Part shown: positions 12,561 to 25,585 of the stretch, in pieces
Layout: every line of letters starts with the position of its first letter
How positions within the stretch are numbered: the first letter of the stretch is position 1
Assembly: GCA_951406725.2 (NCBI GenBank)
Contig: OX597829.1
Coordinates: forward strand, 23,684,001-23,748,000
From: Octopus vulgaris
Lineage: Eukaryota
Length of the DNA stretch: 64,000 nt
Reading direction: 5' to 3'
Position numbers and translations under genes: made by a program
The notes under the pieces: generated by a model
Databases searched by the model: none
Seen by the model: only the letters and a program-made list of their open reading frames with translations
What the model was told of the DNA's origin: nothing

Positions 12561-12989
12561 TTGCTGCACTTGTGGCTAACTCTTATCTTCATGACAACAT
12601 CCCTGTACATGGCTTGTATGACTCTTACACGCCATTCATCTACCCCCTATCTTCTTCGTATGTCACCAGACCACAAAGTAAATGACTCAGTGAAAGGCTC
12701 CCTTCAGGCTGATTAGGATGTGTGTAAAAGCAAATACATAACAAAAAACCTTGGCCCAGGAAGGTGAGTGATGTTTTGTATCTCTTATTATATTGAGTGA
12801 TATTTTGTATTTATTGGTGAAGTGCAAAGTTACTAAAGTTTGTGTGCTACTACTTTAGACAAATTCCTTTGTCAGAGTGTATAAGGAAAGTTTTTGTTTG
12901 TCCTAAATTCACGAGAGCATCAGTATAGAGGGGGAAAGAACTGGGAAACAGCTGAAAATTAGTTGCTTTGCATGCAGAGGAGGAACGTG

Positions 12990-13030
<41 letters not shown>

Positions 13031-13409
13031 AGAGAGAGAAGAGTTATAGGAGAGAGCAAGAGAGGAGGAGAATTTGGAAGCAGAGAGAAAATAAGGATGA
13101 TATAAGAAGGGAAGGATTAGAATGAAAAGGAAGGGAAGGAATATTGATAAGGTTAAGGCAGAAAATGCTTATTTTATTTCCTTGCTGGCCAGCAGCAAGA
13201 ATTTTGTCAATAATATTATCCACATACATGAATAGCTGGCACCCAATCTCTCTCTCTCTCTCTTTCACATACTCACACACATAGACTATGCCTCAATGTG
13301 ACTTGCAAAGATACTTGCATAATTCGGTTCCTTCTTAGTACTGATAGCAAACTCCATTGGCTCATTTCTAAAGTTTCACTTGAAAAAATTGTACACACAC
13401 GTACATATA

Positions 13410-13828
13410 GGCGCAAGAGTGGCTGTGTGGTAAGTAGCTTGCTAACCAACCACATGGTTCCGGGTTCAGTCCCACTGCGTGGCACCTTGGGCAAGTGTCT
13501 TCTGCTATAGCCCCGGGCCGACCGATGCCTTGTGAGTGGATTTGGTAGACGGAAACTGAAAGAAGCCTGTCGTATATATGTATACATATATATATGTATG
13601 TGTGTGTGTTTGTGTGTTTGTGTTTGTCCCCCTAGCATTGCTTGACAACCGATGCTGGTGTGTTTACGTCCCCGTCACTTAGCGGTTCGGCAAAAGAGAC
13701 CGATAGAATAAGTACTGGGCTTACAAAGAATAAGTCCCGGGGTCGATTTGCTCGACTAAAGGCGGTGCTCCAGCATGGCCGCAGTCAAATGACTGAAACA
13801 AATAAAAGAGTAACAAAAAAAAAAGAGT
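13410..13828 (+). mobile_element. SINE A, full length
   Basis: GGCGCAAGAGTGGCTGTGTGG head to AAAAGAG tail. Confidence 0.9.
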
Positions 13829-13837
13829 ATATATATG

Positions 13838-14002
13838 TACGACGGGCTTCTTTCAGTTTCCGTCTACCAAATCCACTCACAAGGCTTTGGTCGGCCCGAG
13901 GCTATAGTAGAAGACACTTGCCCAAGGTGCCACACAGTGGGACTGAACCCGGAACCATGTGGTTGGTAAGCAAGCAACTTACCACACATCCACTCCTACG
14001 CC
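13838..14002 (-). mobile_element. SINE A, 5' half
   Basis: Inverted relative to 13410-13572. Confidence 0.85.
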
Positions 14003-14934
14003 TATAAAAAAAAATCATTTATCTAGTCATTTATCAGTCAGTGCTTCATACAAGCTATATAGTTTTGTTTTCAGGGGATCCATAAAGGACCAAGGCATAT
14101 TAATCCAATATTTTGGTTTTACTGTAAACAGAAGCTGCTTCACAATAGCCATTGGTAAATACGTCCCTTGCTCCAGCTGGAAAAGAATCGTGCACAGAAA
14201 TGGCAGTCTCACCTTCTGCAAACACGATCTGCATTGCTAGTTGTAAAGATTGCTAAGCTCCCAAGAAATGTATTTGTAAGGTTGATCGCAAATGAGAAAC
14301 ATTTAGGAAAATGTACAGATAAATAAGTTATCTTTACAAACAATAATTATAATTATCTATATAATTGATAGTACAGTTGGTATAAAAGGAAATTAAATGA
14401 AGGTTTAGTCACAAATCGATTAAGTTGGTGAATTATTAACATTTTTGTAACAAGATAGTGTCTCCAAACATTCTAATGAAACTTTCTAATGAAACAGGCG
14501 CCAATATTTCTCTGGCTTACGATTGGCTAGATTTTCATTGGTTTTGAACGAACGTTTTTATAAATTCAACCTGCAACCAAATTGTTTTCTCTATTCTTTT
14601 TTCTTAAAAAATTTTTGACGGTTTGTTATGATTTTTTTGACTTTTAGTTTTATTTGTTGCTACTTTTTGAACTTTTTGTTAGTTTGAATATCTGAACTTT
14701 TTATTATTTTTTTTTTAACGTTGTTCTCGGAAGATTGATTGCCCCCAACTACAAATGGTAAAAAATTTATTTGACGAAAATTTCGTTAACTATCTGAAAG
14801 AAAATCAACTTATTAGTCCCGGGGTCGAGTTGCTTTATAAGTCCCGGGGTCGAGTTGCTCGATTAAAGGCGGTGCTCCAGCATGGCCGCAGTCAAACGAC
14901 TGAAACACGTAAAAGAGTAAAAGAGTATTGCTAA

Positions 14935-15355
14935 TCAGAAGTAGTATACATGTGGGAATGATATGGATATAAGACGCAGCGTGCAACAAACGGGGTGGAA
15001 TGGAGATGTAGAAAGTGTCGGAAAAGAGTCTCGATTCGAAAGAACACGTTTTTGGAGAAGAGTAAACTTTCTGTTTACCAAATATTGCATATTATTTTCG
15101 ACCTCATTTTCGAAATGCCGGTAACCAGTTCTGTGTGCGAACATTGTAAGTAAAGTCATGGCAATATAATGGTACGAACATTGCCGTGAAATATGTTCGC
15201 AGAAGTTATTGAAAGACAAAAAGAAATTGGGTGGCCCGAATCATGTCGTAGAATTAGACGCAAGTTTGATGTTTCGTAGAAAAAATGAAGTAGGGCGTGT
15301 GGTGCAGTCGTTCTGGGTTGTTGGCTTCTATGACAACACCTAGAAAAAAGGTTTG
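14935..15355 (+). pseudogene. Merlin/IS1595 (ISXO2-like) transposase fragment
   Basis: WRCRKCRKRVSIRKNTFLEKSKL, WYEHCREIC, LGGPNHVVELDASLMFRRKNEVGRVVQSFWVVG (consensus IGGxGxxVEIDES..RKYxRGR..WVxG). Confidence 0.85.
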
Positions 15356-17312
15356 TAGTGGATCTTGCGAGCAGAAATCAAAAACAGCGAGGAAAACTCA
15401 GTAATCAATTCGGTTAATGATTAGTAACAATACTTCCATCAGTTTTTGCCGCGAGACTTTTATTCGTATTTTGGAACGGATCTACAGAACCTGTAGCATC
15501 ATGAAGAATCTTAACAGCAGAAATTAGATAAACCTATATAAGAGATGTTGTAGTGGATCCAGATGGTTCAAATTTAGAATCGCTCTTGAACGCTTTTGGA
15601 GATTTACATGGCAAATGATACCAAATTTTATTAAATAAAACGAAATTGTTGTATGGAGGGACTACCAAAAACTAAGGCCGTATTAATCCTCAAAGTGACC
15701 AGTTTCTCAATGTCAATGGTCTGAATCATGAGAGAACCATATTGGCTGAACTTGGACGGCCACAAGACAAAGTGTCACTGTGGGAAACGTCTCACTGCAT
15801 GGCAGTAGTGAATTTGGAACTCATTGAGTGATTTGAGGTTTTGCAATTCTACAGGAATACCTTCTTTCAAGAGCTCGAGTTTGCCTTTAGGGCGACAAAG
15901 CGGTGGAATCATTAGAGCGTCGGGAAAGTGCATTGCGGTATTTATTTCGCTTGCGTTCTCTTCGAAGTTAGTTTTGACTTTTATTCTTCCAGGTGGGGTT
16001 GGGGGTTGGTCGATATATAAAGTATCAGTCTAGGACAGATACCATTTTGCATGTCATTAAAAAAAAATTAATTATTGTAACTATGAAATTACATCGAGAA
16101 GTAACTTTGAATTTGATCTATTACATACATAAAAAAAAACATGAGATTGTTTATAATATATTTAGGTACATCATCTTACGAACATTTCATTAACAAAAAG
16201 TAATTTTAGCTATAAAATGTAACTTGCATAATCAAGATATATTGTAAAACCTTCAGAGTCGTGTATTTATCTTACATAACATTACTGGATACTTGAATTA
16301 TTAACAGAAGTAACCGTCTTAGGGTTAGCAGCTCCACGACGGTTGTTTTTGCACAACAATCAATAACAGTAACATCTTATAATGAAAAACGAAAAAAAAA
16401 AAATGTGACAAAGAAAAAAAGGTAACAATAAAGGTGAGCAATAAATAACAAAAAGAGGTGGGAAGCGAGTAAAGTTAGGAGGATAAAGAGAATGAGACAG
16501 AATGGGAAAGGAAAGGAAGATTCGTTCCCAGGTTAAATTGTTTTTCACTAACTTCTACAGAAATGTTATTGATTGTTGAAGCCGACAATAGTTTTCACAG
16601 TGAAACAATACTAAAACGAGGGGATTAGTGGTGAGTGGTGGCGGTGGCGGCTTATATAGTTTTTTTTTTTCGCTAATGGCTACTGTTTCATACAGAAACA
16701 CAACTGACAAAACTAGTTTTTTTTTAATATTTATACACTAACACCACCACCACCACCACCACCACCACTACCGCCAATACCCGACCATAATCATCTCAAA
16801 GAACACCACTACCACAATAACACCATCAACAATAAAAACATCATCAGCATCACCACTACTAATACTATTTTATTACTCATCACCGTCACCACTGGAAACA
16901 CAACCGCCGCCGCCGCCGCCGCCATCTTGGACCATCCACTAACAACACCACCAACACCAATACCAATATCATCACCACCACTACCAACACCACCGCGAAT
17001 AATACTATCCCTCCTAACCATATACACACCCGCCACTACTACGGCTGCTAAACCAATAACAATGACTACGAGTCAATAATGACGTAATGCAATGAATGAC
17101 ATTTTTATATTGTATGCATTTGTACATGCATCAAAGGATGCGTTTGTGAATGTGTATGTGCAGGTATATGCAATACACATACATGTACACACCTGTGTGT
17201 GAGTGTATGTGCGTGTGTATGTGTGCGTTTGTATGTATGTGTGTGTGTGTGTGTGTGACTGCATATATTTGTGTGTATATGTCTGTATGTAGACTGAGCG
17301 TATAAGTAATCA

Positions 17313-17361
<49 letters not shown>

Positions 17362-17608
17362 TGAGATAGGGGTTGTGAGTGCAACCCACCATGGGATAAC
17401 ATCTATCCAATATACTGCCAGTAAAGCACCCAACAAGGTTAATACATAAATGTTGAGAATTGCGATGCAATTAATTCATTTATTGTATTATATGGGCGAA
17501 GGTAAAATGTTTTACCACAAATTTATAATACAAAATAAGAAAATGTACATTATATGTACATTAAAGAACATATATATCCATATATATATATCCATATATA
17601 TATACATA

Positions 17609-18690
17609 CGATGTGGTATCAAAAAGTTCCCGGACTGGTTCTGTAGCGCGCCAACAGATGGCAGAACACGGTGGTGTGTGCAGTGAGAATTACCAGTGAC
17701 CTTCATGGAGCAGTGTGCCGAGTGACATCGCAGTATTTACTTCGCAAATTGTGAAATTTGTGTCTTTGTGATCACGTGTATGTAGTAGTTTGAAATTTTT
17801 GTCATAGACAGGAACAAAGAGCTAACGTGAATTTATGCGTCAAACTTGGGAAGTCTGCTACAGAGACATTGAGCATGCTTTGGCAAGATTATGGCGACGA
17901 GGCTGTGGTATCCTCCTCCTCCTCCAATGTCGTGGTACCGCCGCGATATTGTGATAGGTGGTTTAGATACACTGTACCAGTGTTGTAACAGTAAACAAGA
18001 TAACGACGCAGCCGTAATAAGAACCAACAATCAATATTCCAAACAAATTAACCAAGCGACACCTTCCGACTTCACTGGAAACTCAACTCGACCTAACACA
18101 CAAATTTCACTCCGACCGCTACTATTTATAATCGCTGGCGCCAGTCTATTTCTCGCAAGAGGGCGTCCTGACTCTCATCACAACAGAGGCAATGGGTCGT
18201 ACACAATGTTTCGAGTGGCATGGGCGCTCTAAAAACGTAAGAACGTCCTTGGAAAACGTTGGGTGATCTGGAAGACCTTCCACGGGTGTCACCCCTGGAA
18301 ATGTGGGGAAAATTCATCAACTTGTACATGAGGATCGTCGGAGGATAATCAACGACATTGTTGATGTTGTTGGTCGGTCGTATGTGTCTGTGCAGGCAAT
18401 CCTAACGTCTGAATTGAACATGCAGCGTATCTGCTGAGTTTGTCTCCCTGCTGACCATTGAGTAGAAAGAACATCGCGTCGAAGTCTGTCGAGATCTTCG
18501 TCAGCGTGCTGCTGATGACTCATCCTTCATGTCGAGTATCATCACCGGGGTGACGAGATTTGGGTCTACGGGTACGACCCTGAGATGAAGCAGCAGTCAA
18601 TTACAATGGAAGAGCTCTTCATCTCCACGACCAGAGAAGGTACGACAAAGCCGCAGCTCAGGCAAGATCATGCTTATCGGTTTTTCCTAC
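17609..18690 (+). mobile_element. Mariner element, 5' part (TIR, HTH, first catalytic D)
   Basis: TA|CGATGTGGTATCAAAAAGTTCCCGGACT TIR; EQRANV..LGKSATET, SGRPST, ITGDEIWVYGYDPEMKQQS..W. Confidence 0.9.
17904..18185 (-). mobile_element. 282-bp solo LTR inserted in the mariner ORF
   Basis: TG...CA termini; 5-bp TSD GAGGC (17899-17903, 18186-18190); removing it restores DYGDEAMGRTQCFEW; TATAAATA on the minus strand. Confidence 0.8.
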
Positions 18691-18694
18691 TATC

Positions 18695-18903
18695 TCTCTT
18701 TACTCTTTTACTTGTTTCAGTCATGTGACTGTAGCACCACGTTTAGTCGAGCAAATTGACCCCAGGACTTATTCTTTGGAAGCCTAGTACTTATTCTATC
18801 GGTCTCTTTTGCCGAACCGCTAAGTTACGGGGACGTAAACACACTATCATCGGTGGTCTAGCAATGTTGGGGGACAAACACAAACACACAAACACATACG
18901 CAC

Positions 18904-18960
<57 letters not shown>
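18695..18960 (-). mobile_element. SINE A, 3' half
   Basis: Family A tail and body up to the internal microsatellite. Confidence 0.85.
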
Positions 18961-18992
<32 letters not shown>

Positions 18993-18993
<1 letters not shown>

Positions 18994-19369
18994 TAGCTGA
19001 AGGTGACCCGCTCTACGCGCGGGTAAGAGTGTGGGTGTTACTTTCTGTTGCTTCCTTTCAGCACGTAAAAAGCACCATCCGAACGTGGCCGATTGCAGCA
19101 CCGCCTTGACTTGCTTCTGTGCTGGTGGCACGTAAAAAGCACCAACCGATCGTTGCCACTGCGAGCCCCCTGGCACCAGTGCCGTCGGCACGAAAAAAGT
19201 ACTCACTACACTCATAGTGTGGTTGGCGTTAGGAAGGTCATCCACCTGTAGAAACACTGCCAGATCAGACTGGAGCCTGGTGCAGCCTCCTGGCTTCCGA
19301 GACCCGGTCACACTGCCCAACCCGTGCTAGCACGGAAAACGGACGTTAAACGATGATGATGATGATGAT
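18993..19369 (+). mobile_element. Family D retroposon, 3' part
   Basis: GGTTGGCGTTAGGAAGG.CATCC..., ends GGACGTTAAAC(GAT)n; internal ~60-bp subrepeats. Confidence 0.75.
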
Positions 19370-20193
19370 TCTCCGTATTTGTTTCTCTCTCCTTTCTCTC
19401 TCACTTTCCCACTCTCTTACTTTTCTTTTCTCTCTGACTCTCCCTCGCTTTCTCTTACTCTCTATCTTTATCTATCTCTCTCCCATTTATAAACAACAGA
19501 AGATCTTGAGTAAGTTGAGAAATAAAATATTTAGAAAGATCAATCAGAAATATGAGGCAGTGGCAATGGAAAAGTCTGCTTCAAGGCAGACAGCAAAACG
19601 CTAACATTCAAAAGGGACAGACGAACTTGCGAGCTGAATAAAAATAATAAAATATTGGAAACCAAAGTTTGAAGGGATAGAATCTGAGGATAGTAGAGTC
19701 ACCATGGTTGGCATTTGTTAACGACGGACAGCAACGTAGTGACAGTTTAACGGCTGGCGTAAAATTTTGAACTTGATGTAAAAGAAAATTCGTAAACACC
19801 AATTTTTGAAGTGATTCTTTCTCACGACAGTAGACTCACCATGGCAAGCATTCAAAACTTCTTTATCATGGACGGCAACACATTGACGATTAAAAGGCTG
19901 GCGCAAATTTTTTAGCTTGATGCAACAGAGAATTCCTAAACACCCGCTCTTTGAAATTTTAATCCCCTTCCAGCCCCATTTAGACCCCTTTTCACATTTT
20001 GGTTAATATAACCCGATTTCATTCGGGTGTACTGGGGCCACATTTTATAAGATGAGGAATTTTGTCCTAGAGGTGACGCCTTTCATTTGAGGAACAAAAT
20101 AGTTGTGATGCAAACTTGTCAGCACCTTTAACATAGGTGTGCATATTTTCAGGTGAATCGACCGACTACGTAATGCACACATATATATATGTG

Positions 20194-20250
<57 letters not shown>

Positions 20251-20392
20251 ACGCATTATATATACAAATGTATACAAATGAGATATATATCTGTATAAAT
20301 TAAATTAGAGATAAAACCACTAATAGGCAAATCAAACAGTGAAAAAACAAAAACAAAAACATAAAAAAAGAAAATATAACATAGAAAATATA

Positions 20393-21411
20393 TCTATATA
20401 TATAAAACTGTAGTTGTGTGAGTGTCTGTCCCCTTCGATTTAGATTCCTAACTACTCCCAAATTTTGCGGTGCAGTTTAACCAAATTCGGGTATCTTATA
20501 GTCGTGATTCATATCGAGCCCGTCTGGGTATTAGCGCGCGTCTACGATGAGTGTACGATTTTAAAAATAATTTAACATCATTTTTTATTCCATTTTAATG
20601 CATATTTTTTCGTGTGTCGATGGCGGCGGAGTTGGCGTCCACGCTCACGCCTGCACCTGTGTTGCTTCTCCCCCTTCTTCCCTCCCTCGTGAAGCTGTGG
20701 GGAAGGGAGTGTAAGGAAATCAACGTCGTAATGCGTTGTGAAGGAGACCAGCGTTCTTTTAGAACAACGACTTCATGGCTTGAAGTCGCCAAAACAGAAA
20801 TCGCTAAAGAAGCTGAAACAGATCCACAAAAACGGCAAAAACCGCCACACAGGGCAGGTTTCCTGTGCAAACAATTTGCACAACCGAATGTTTTAGTTGT
20901 TGCACAAATCTTTATATATAAAAGTAAGGTTGTGTGTCTGTCTCCTACGATTTAGATTCCTAACTACTCCCACATTTTGCGGTGCAGTGTAACCAAAACC
21001 GGGTATCTTATAGTCGTGATTCATATCGAGCCCTTCTGGGTATTAGCGCGCGTCTACGATGAGTCTACGATTTTAAAAAAAATTTACCATCATTTTTTAT
21101 TCCATTTTAATGCATTTTTCGCTATTATATAAGGGAAGTAACTCTCTAAAAATGTCTACGATGATTCAACGATTAACAAAAAAATTACCATCATTTTTTT
21201 ATTCCATTTTAATGCATTTTTCGCTATTATATAAGGGAAGTAACTCTGTAAAAATGTCTACGATGAGTCAACGATTTAAAAAAGAAATTACTATCATTTT
21301 TTTATTCCATCTTTAATGCATTTTTTGCTATTTTTTTTGCTATAACTCACTAAAAATGCTTGTATAGTTATTTCCCTTACAAACCCGAGCAACGCCAGGC
21401 GATACTGCTAG
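20393..21411 (+). mobile_element. Composite non-autonomous Helitron H1 (two 5' ends, one 3' end)
   Basis: A|TC at 20393, second TCTTTATATATAAAA at 20909, hairpin + CTAG|T at 21411; internal ~100-bp tandem duplication. Confidence 0.85.
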
Positions 21412-21559
21412 TAAAAAATAAAATTGAAAACTTTAAATTATTTAAATTGAAAATAAAAATTATGAAATTATATTTATAATTTGTTTAAAAATATATATAA
21501 CTATGAAAAAGTATGAAAAAGTATGAAAAAGTTTAATATACATAAATACAGATATATAC

Positions 21560-21800
21560 ACTTTGTATATATACATTATATATACATATTTATATATAGA
21601 ACACACACACACACATACATTATATATACATATTTATATATAGAACACACACACACACACACATACATTATATATACATATTTATATATAGAACACACAC
21701 ACACACATACATTATATATACATATTTATATATAGAACACACACACACACATACATTATATATACATATATATATATAGAACACACACACACACACACAC
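21560..21800. repeat. ~40-bp minisatellite built from (CA)n/(TA)n, about 5 units
   Basis: ACATTATATATACATATTTATATATAGAA(CA)n repeated. Confidence 0.85.
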
Positions 21801-22039
21801 ACATATAAATGAACGCAAGAATATCTGATTCATAATATTTGTTCTCATGCTCGTGTGTTGATTGTTGGTGACAGACATATACTTCAAAGAACGCCGCCGA
21901 AGTGATAGGAAGGTAGGAAACAGAGTCAGTGAAAAAGAAAGGAAATAGCGATAATGACAGATACTTTAAATAACCGTAGTGGCATTCTGAAAGTTATAAA
22001 TGAAGAGGAGTGACAGAGTACTGGAGGAAATAGGGTGAG

Positions 22040-22216
22040 GTAGGAAGATGGCCCCTAGAAACCACAGCTTTTAAGATAGGGATTTCTAAGGTAGCCCACG
22101 CGCATCGTCACCTCATTCTACATGTCCGTGTAAATTTTGGAGCGAATCGGAGGTGATGTAGTGGCATTGAAAGCGAACCAAGCGGTAAAAACGCATTTCA
22201 GTTTTATATATAGAGA
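22040..22216 (-). mobile_element. Helitron-like 5' end
   Basis: Minus strand A|TCTCTATATATAAAACTG ... CCGATTCGCTCCAAAATTT resembles the H1/H2 5' ends; no 3' end found. Confidence 0.45.
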
Positions 22217-22246
22217 TATATATATATACATATACATATATATATA

Positions 22247-22407
22247 TACAACGGGCTTCTTTCAGTTTCCGTCTACCAAATCCACTCACAAGGCTTTGCT
22301 CGGCTCGAGGCTATAGTAGAAAACACTTGTCCAAGGTGCCACGCAGTGGGACTGAACCTGGAACCATGTGATTGGTAAGCAAGCTACTTACCACACAGCC
22401 ACTCCTA
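22247..22407 (-). mobile_element. SINE A, 5' half
   Basis: Family A head region. Confidence 0.85.
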
Positions 22408-22831
<424 letters not shown>

Positions 22832-23545
22832 CAGGGTGATTGAAAAGTAACTCCCTATTTTAAAATACTTGTAATTTATTTATTAACTATGATTTTTAGA
22901 AAAAAACGAATATGTGAAGAAAGCGTATAGCATGGAGTTTTATTTAAAATTCGATATAGGCACCAGCATTTGGTAACAGCTTCTCAAGCCGCCCGGGAAC
23001 TGCATCAACTGATTTCATCAGGAACTCTTGTGAAATGGAAGACATAACTTCTTGTACTTGCCCTTCAAGTTCTTCCAACCCAAAGAAAAAAGTTGCAGGG
23101 TGTTAAATCAGGGCTTCTGACTGGCCAATCATGCAGACCTCGATTACCCATCCATCTCCCAGGGAAGTGAGCATTCAGCCATTCACAAAACAACAATAGT
23201 AAAATGTGGAGGAGCACCATCTTGCATAAAAATCAAATCTTCAGTATTCTTGCAAGTACTGGTAACTGGCCTAATTTTATCTTGCAGCTTCTTGGTGAGG
23301 TACCTTTCAGCATTTATGGTATTGCAGAGGATGAAAGGATCCACAATCCTGTCCAAAGTCATTCCACACCATACTGTTACCTTGGACCAATTCTGCATTT
23401 TTTTCAGAGGTAATATGAGGATCTTCTTCTACCCAGTAGAAGCAACTGTGACGGTTCACAAACCCACAAATGTGGAATACCGCTTCATCACACCAGAAGA
23501 TATTTTTAAAGAGATCAGACCATATTTGTAGGGCTTCTAAATTTC
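22832..23545 (-). pseudogene. Tc1/mariner-superfamily DD41D (rosa-like) transposase, 3' half with TIR
   Basis: KVTVWCGM, FMQDGAPPH, FPGRWMG..WPVRSPDLTPCNFFLW (about 41 residues D to D/N across a frameshift); TA|CAGGGTG terminus. Confidence 0.8.
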
Positions 23546-23663
23546 AAACAAAATAATCAAGCTGAAAAAAAAACAACATAGAATACATTAAAGAACATAT
23601 ATATCCATATATACATATGTATGTATATATATATACATATGTATGTATATATATATACATATG

Positions 23664-23724
<61 letters not shown>

Positions 23725-23727
<3 letters not shown>

Positions 23728-23935
23728 ATCCAAACATGAAAACACAAGGAGAAAACACAACAACGCGAGGAACAAGTATAGTGTTATTGGACGCTCAGGA
23801 AAGGAAAGAAAGAAGGAGGATTTAACGTTTCGATTTAACGTTTCAAGCTCTTCGTCAGAAACATAGAAAAAGGAAAGGTCCAAGGAAGGGAAGACGGAGG
23901 GAAAAATCGCCAACGATACACACACGGCCACATAT
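23725..23935 (-). mobile_element. TA-embedded Penelope-like terminal fragment (family P1) with a damaged hammerhead at 23821-23863
   Basis: Minus strand GTTT-CTGACGA-AGAGCTT-GAAACGTT-AAAT; homologous to 62409-62630 and 4925-5005. Confidence 0.65.
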
Positions 23936-23962
23936 TATGTATGTACGTATATATATATATGT

Positions 23963-24220
23963 GGAGGCGCGTGGCTTAGTGGTTAGTCTGTCAGCACTAT
24001 GATCGTAAGATTGTGGTTTCGATTCTTGGACCGGGCGACGCGTTGTGTTCTTGAGCAAAACACTTCATTTCACGTTGCTCCAGTCCACTCAGCTGGCAAA
24101 AATGAGTAATGCTGCGATGGAATGGCGTCCCGTCCAGCTTGGGGAACACATACGCCATTGCAACCGGGAAACCGGGCCCATGAGCCTGGCTAGGCTTTGA
24201 AAGGGCGCATTTATTTATTT
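23963..24220 (+). mobile_element. tRNA-derived SINE family B
   Basis: A-box TGGCTTAGTGG, B-box GTTTCGATTC, body CTTGAGCAAAACAC..CCAGTCCACTCAGCTG; (ATTT)n tail. Confidence 0.85.
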
Positions 24221-24225
24221 TTTAA

Positions 24226-24295
<70 letters not shown>

Positions 24296-25339
24296 TATTT
24301 ATTTATTTATATATATGTATATATGTATATTTATATATATGTATGCATGCATGTATGTATTTATGCATGTATATATATATTTATATATTTGTATGTATGC
24401 ATGTGTATATATATATATATATATATATCCAGTCTATCAGATATTGTTATACATCGCTGGTCACTGTGCAATTCGCATCGTTCTATCTTTCGAATGATGC
24501 CACCCCACTGACTGGGAGAGCAGACCAACATTTCTCCTGATCGGAAAGTTAGTCCGTCGCAGAGTTCTCCATTTACAACTGAGTGGAGTGGAGCAACGTG
24601 AAATGAAGTGTCTTGCTCAAGAAACACAATGCGCAACAACCAGTCTGAGAATCGAAAGCACGATAGTGACATCGTGAATGCAACACCTCTAACCATTAAG
24701 TCACGCGCCTTCACACAGACATATATGCACCATCCCCAACACACAAACACACACTCATTTCTATGCATATATATATATATATTGTACTTATATCTAGCTA
24801 TTAAGTTTGTACATGTGTGCGTGTGAGTGTGTGTATGTGCGTCATTGTTTTATTGTTTGAATCTTCAATTTCGTTTCTAGGCAACACTTCCGTCAATAAT
24901 GTATTTGTTATTTAAACAACATCGACAGATGTTTTCTTTTTTCATGACGTAGCCTCACTTTCAGTTTACTATTTATATAATTTGCTCTAATTGGTCACTT
25001 AAAACGATTGTTGACTTTGGTTTGACATATTTTTATTTTTAAAATATTTCTCTTCACTCACCTTATATTGATAAAAATTTCCATGTACTTTGAACAGTAG
25101 GACAAGAACAAGAAATATAATTTACCATCCCATAATTCGTTAATCCAGTTTTGAGAAGTCTTGAAGATAGGACCTATAAAATTGGGAATGTTCAACCGAT
25201 ATATAGATCTAAGAATCAATGACCCACAGAGGACACAAGAATATCTGAAGTGTAGGAAAGATTATGGCTCGTTGAGTAAGTCTTGTAACACCGAAATATG
25301 CCGGATAGTGTCACTGTGCTCAACCTTCATGCTCAGTTC

Positions 25340-25555
25340 AATATTGGTTTCAAATTTTGACACGAGGCCAGCAATTTCGGGGAGGGGTATAAGTCGATTA
25401 CATCGACCCCAGTGCTCCATTAGTACTTATTTTATCACCCCTAAAAGAGATGAAAGGCAAAGTAGATCTCTACGGAACTTGTACTCAGAACGTAGAGACG
25501 GATAAAATGCCGCTAAGCATCCTACCCAGCGTGCATTCTGTCAGCTCACCACCTT
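25340..25555 (-). mobile_element. SINE C, old subfamily
   Basis: GATGAAAGGCAAAGT, CGACCCCAGTG, GGTTTCAAATTTTG 3' end. Confidence 0.7.
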
Positions 25556-25585
25556 GCATATCTAGTTTAATATTAGCCACTTATC

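Noticed and set aside
12707-12762. Exon with strong AAG|GTGAGT donor
   Set aside because: Stops in all three frames; at most non-coding
14074-14300. Possible exon after TTTGTTTTCAG
   Set aside because: No recognisable protein and no supported partner exon
19600-20180. Helitron-like element with a diverged ~139-bp internal duplication
   Set aside because: The duplication is real (19690-19812 vs 19828-19955) but the termini could not be established
23963-24040. tRNA genes at SINE heads (also 57316, 13410, 26795)
   Set aside because: A/B boxes are present but there is no complete cloverleaf and they continue into SINE bodies
25149-25275. Exon ending in a GTAAGT donor
   Set aside because: The frame compatible with 27469 has two stops; the open frame lacks a good acceptor
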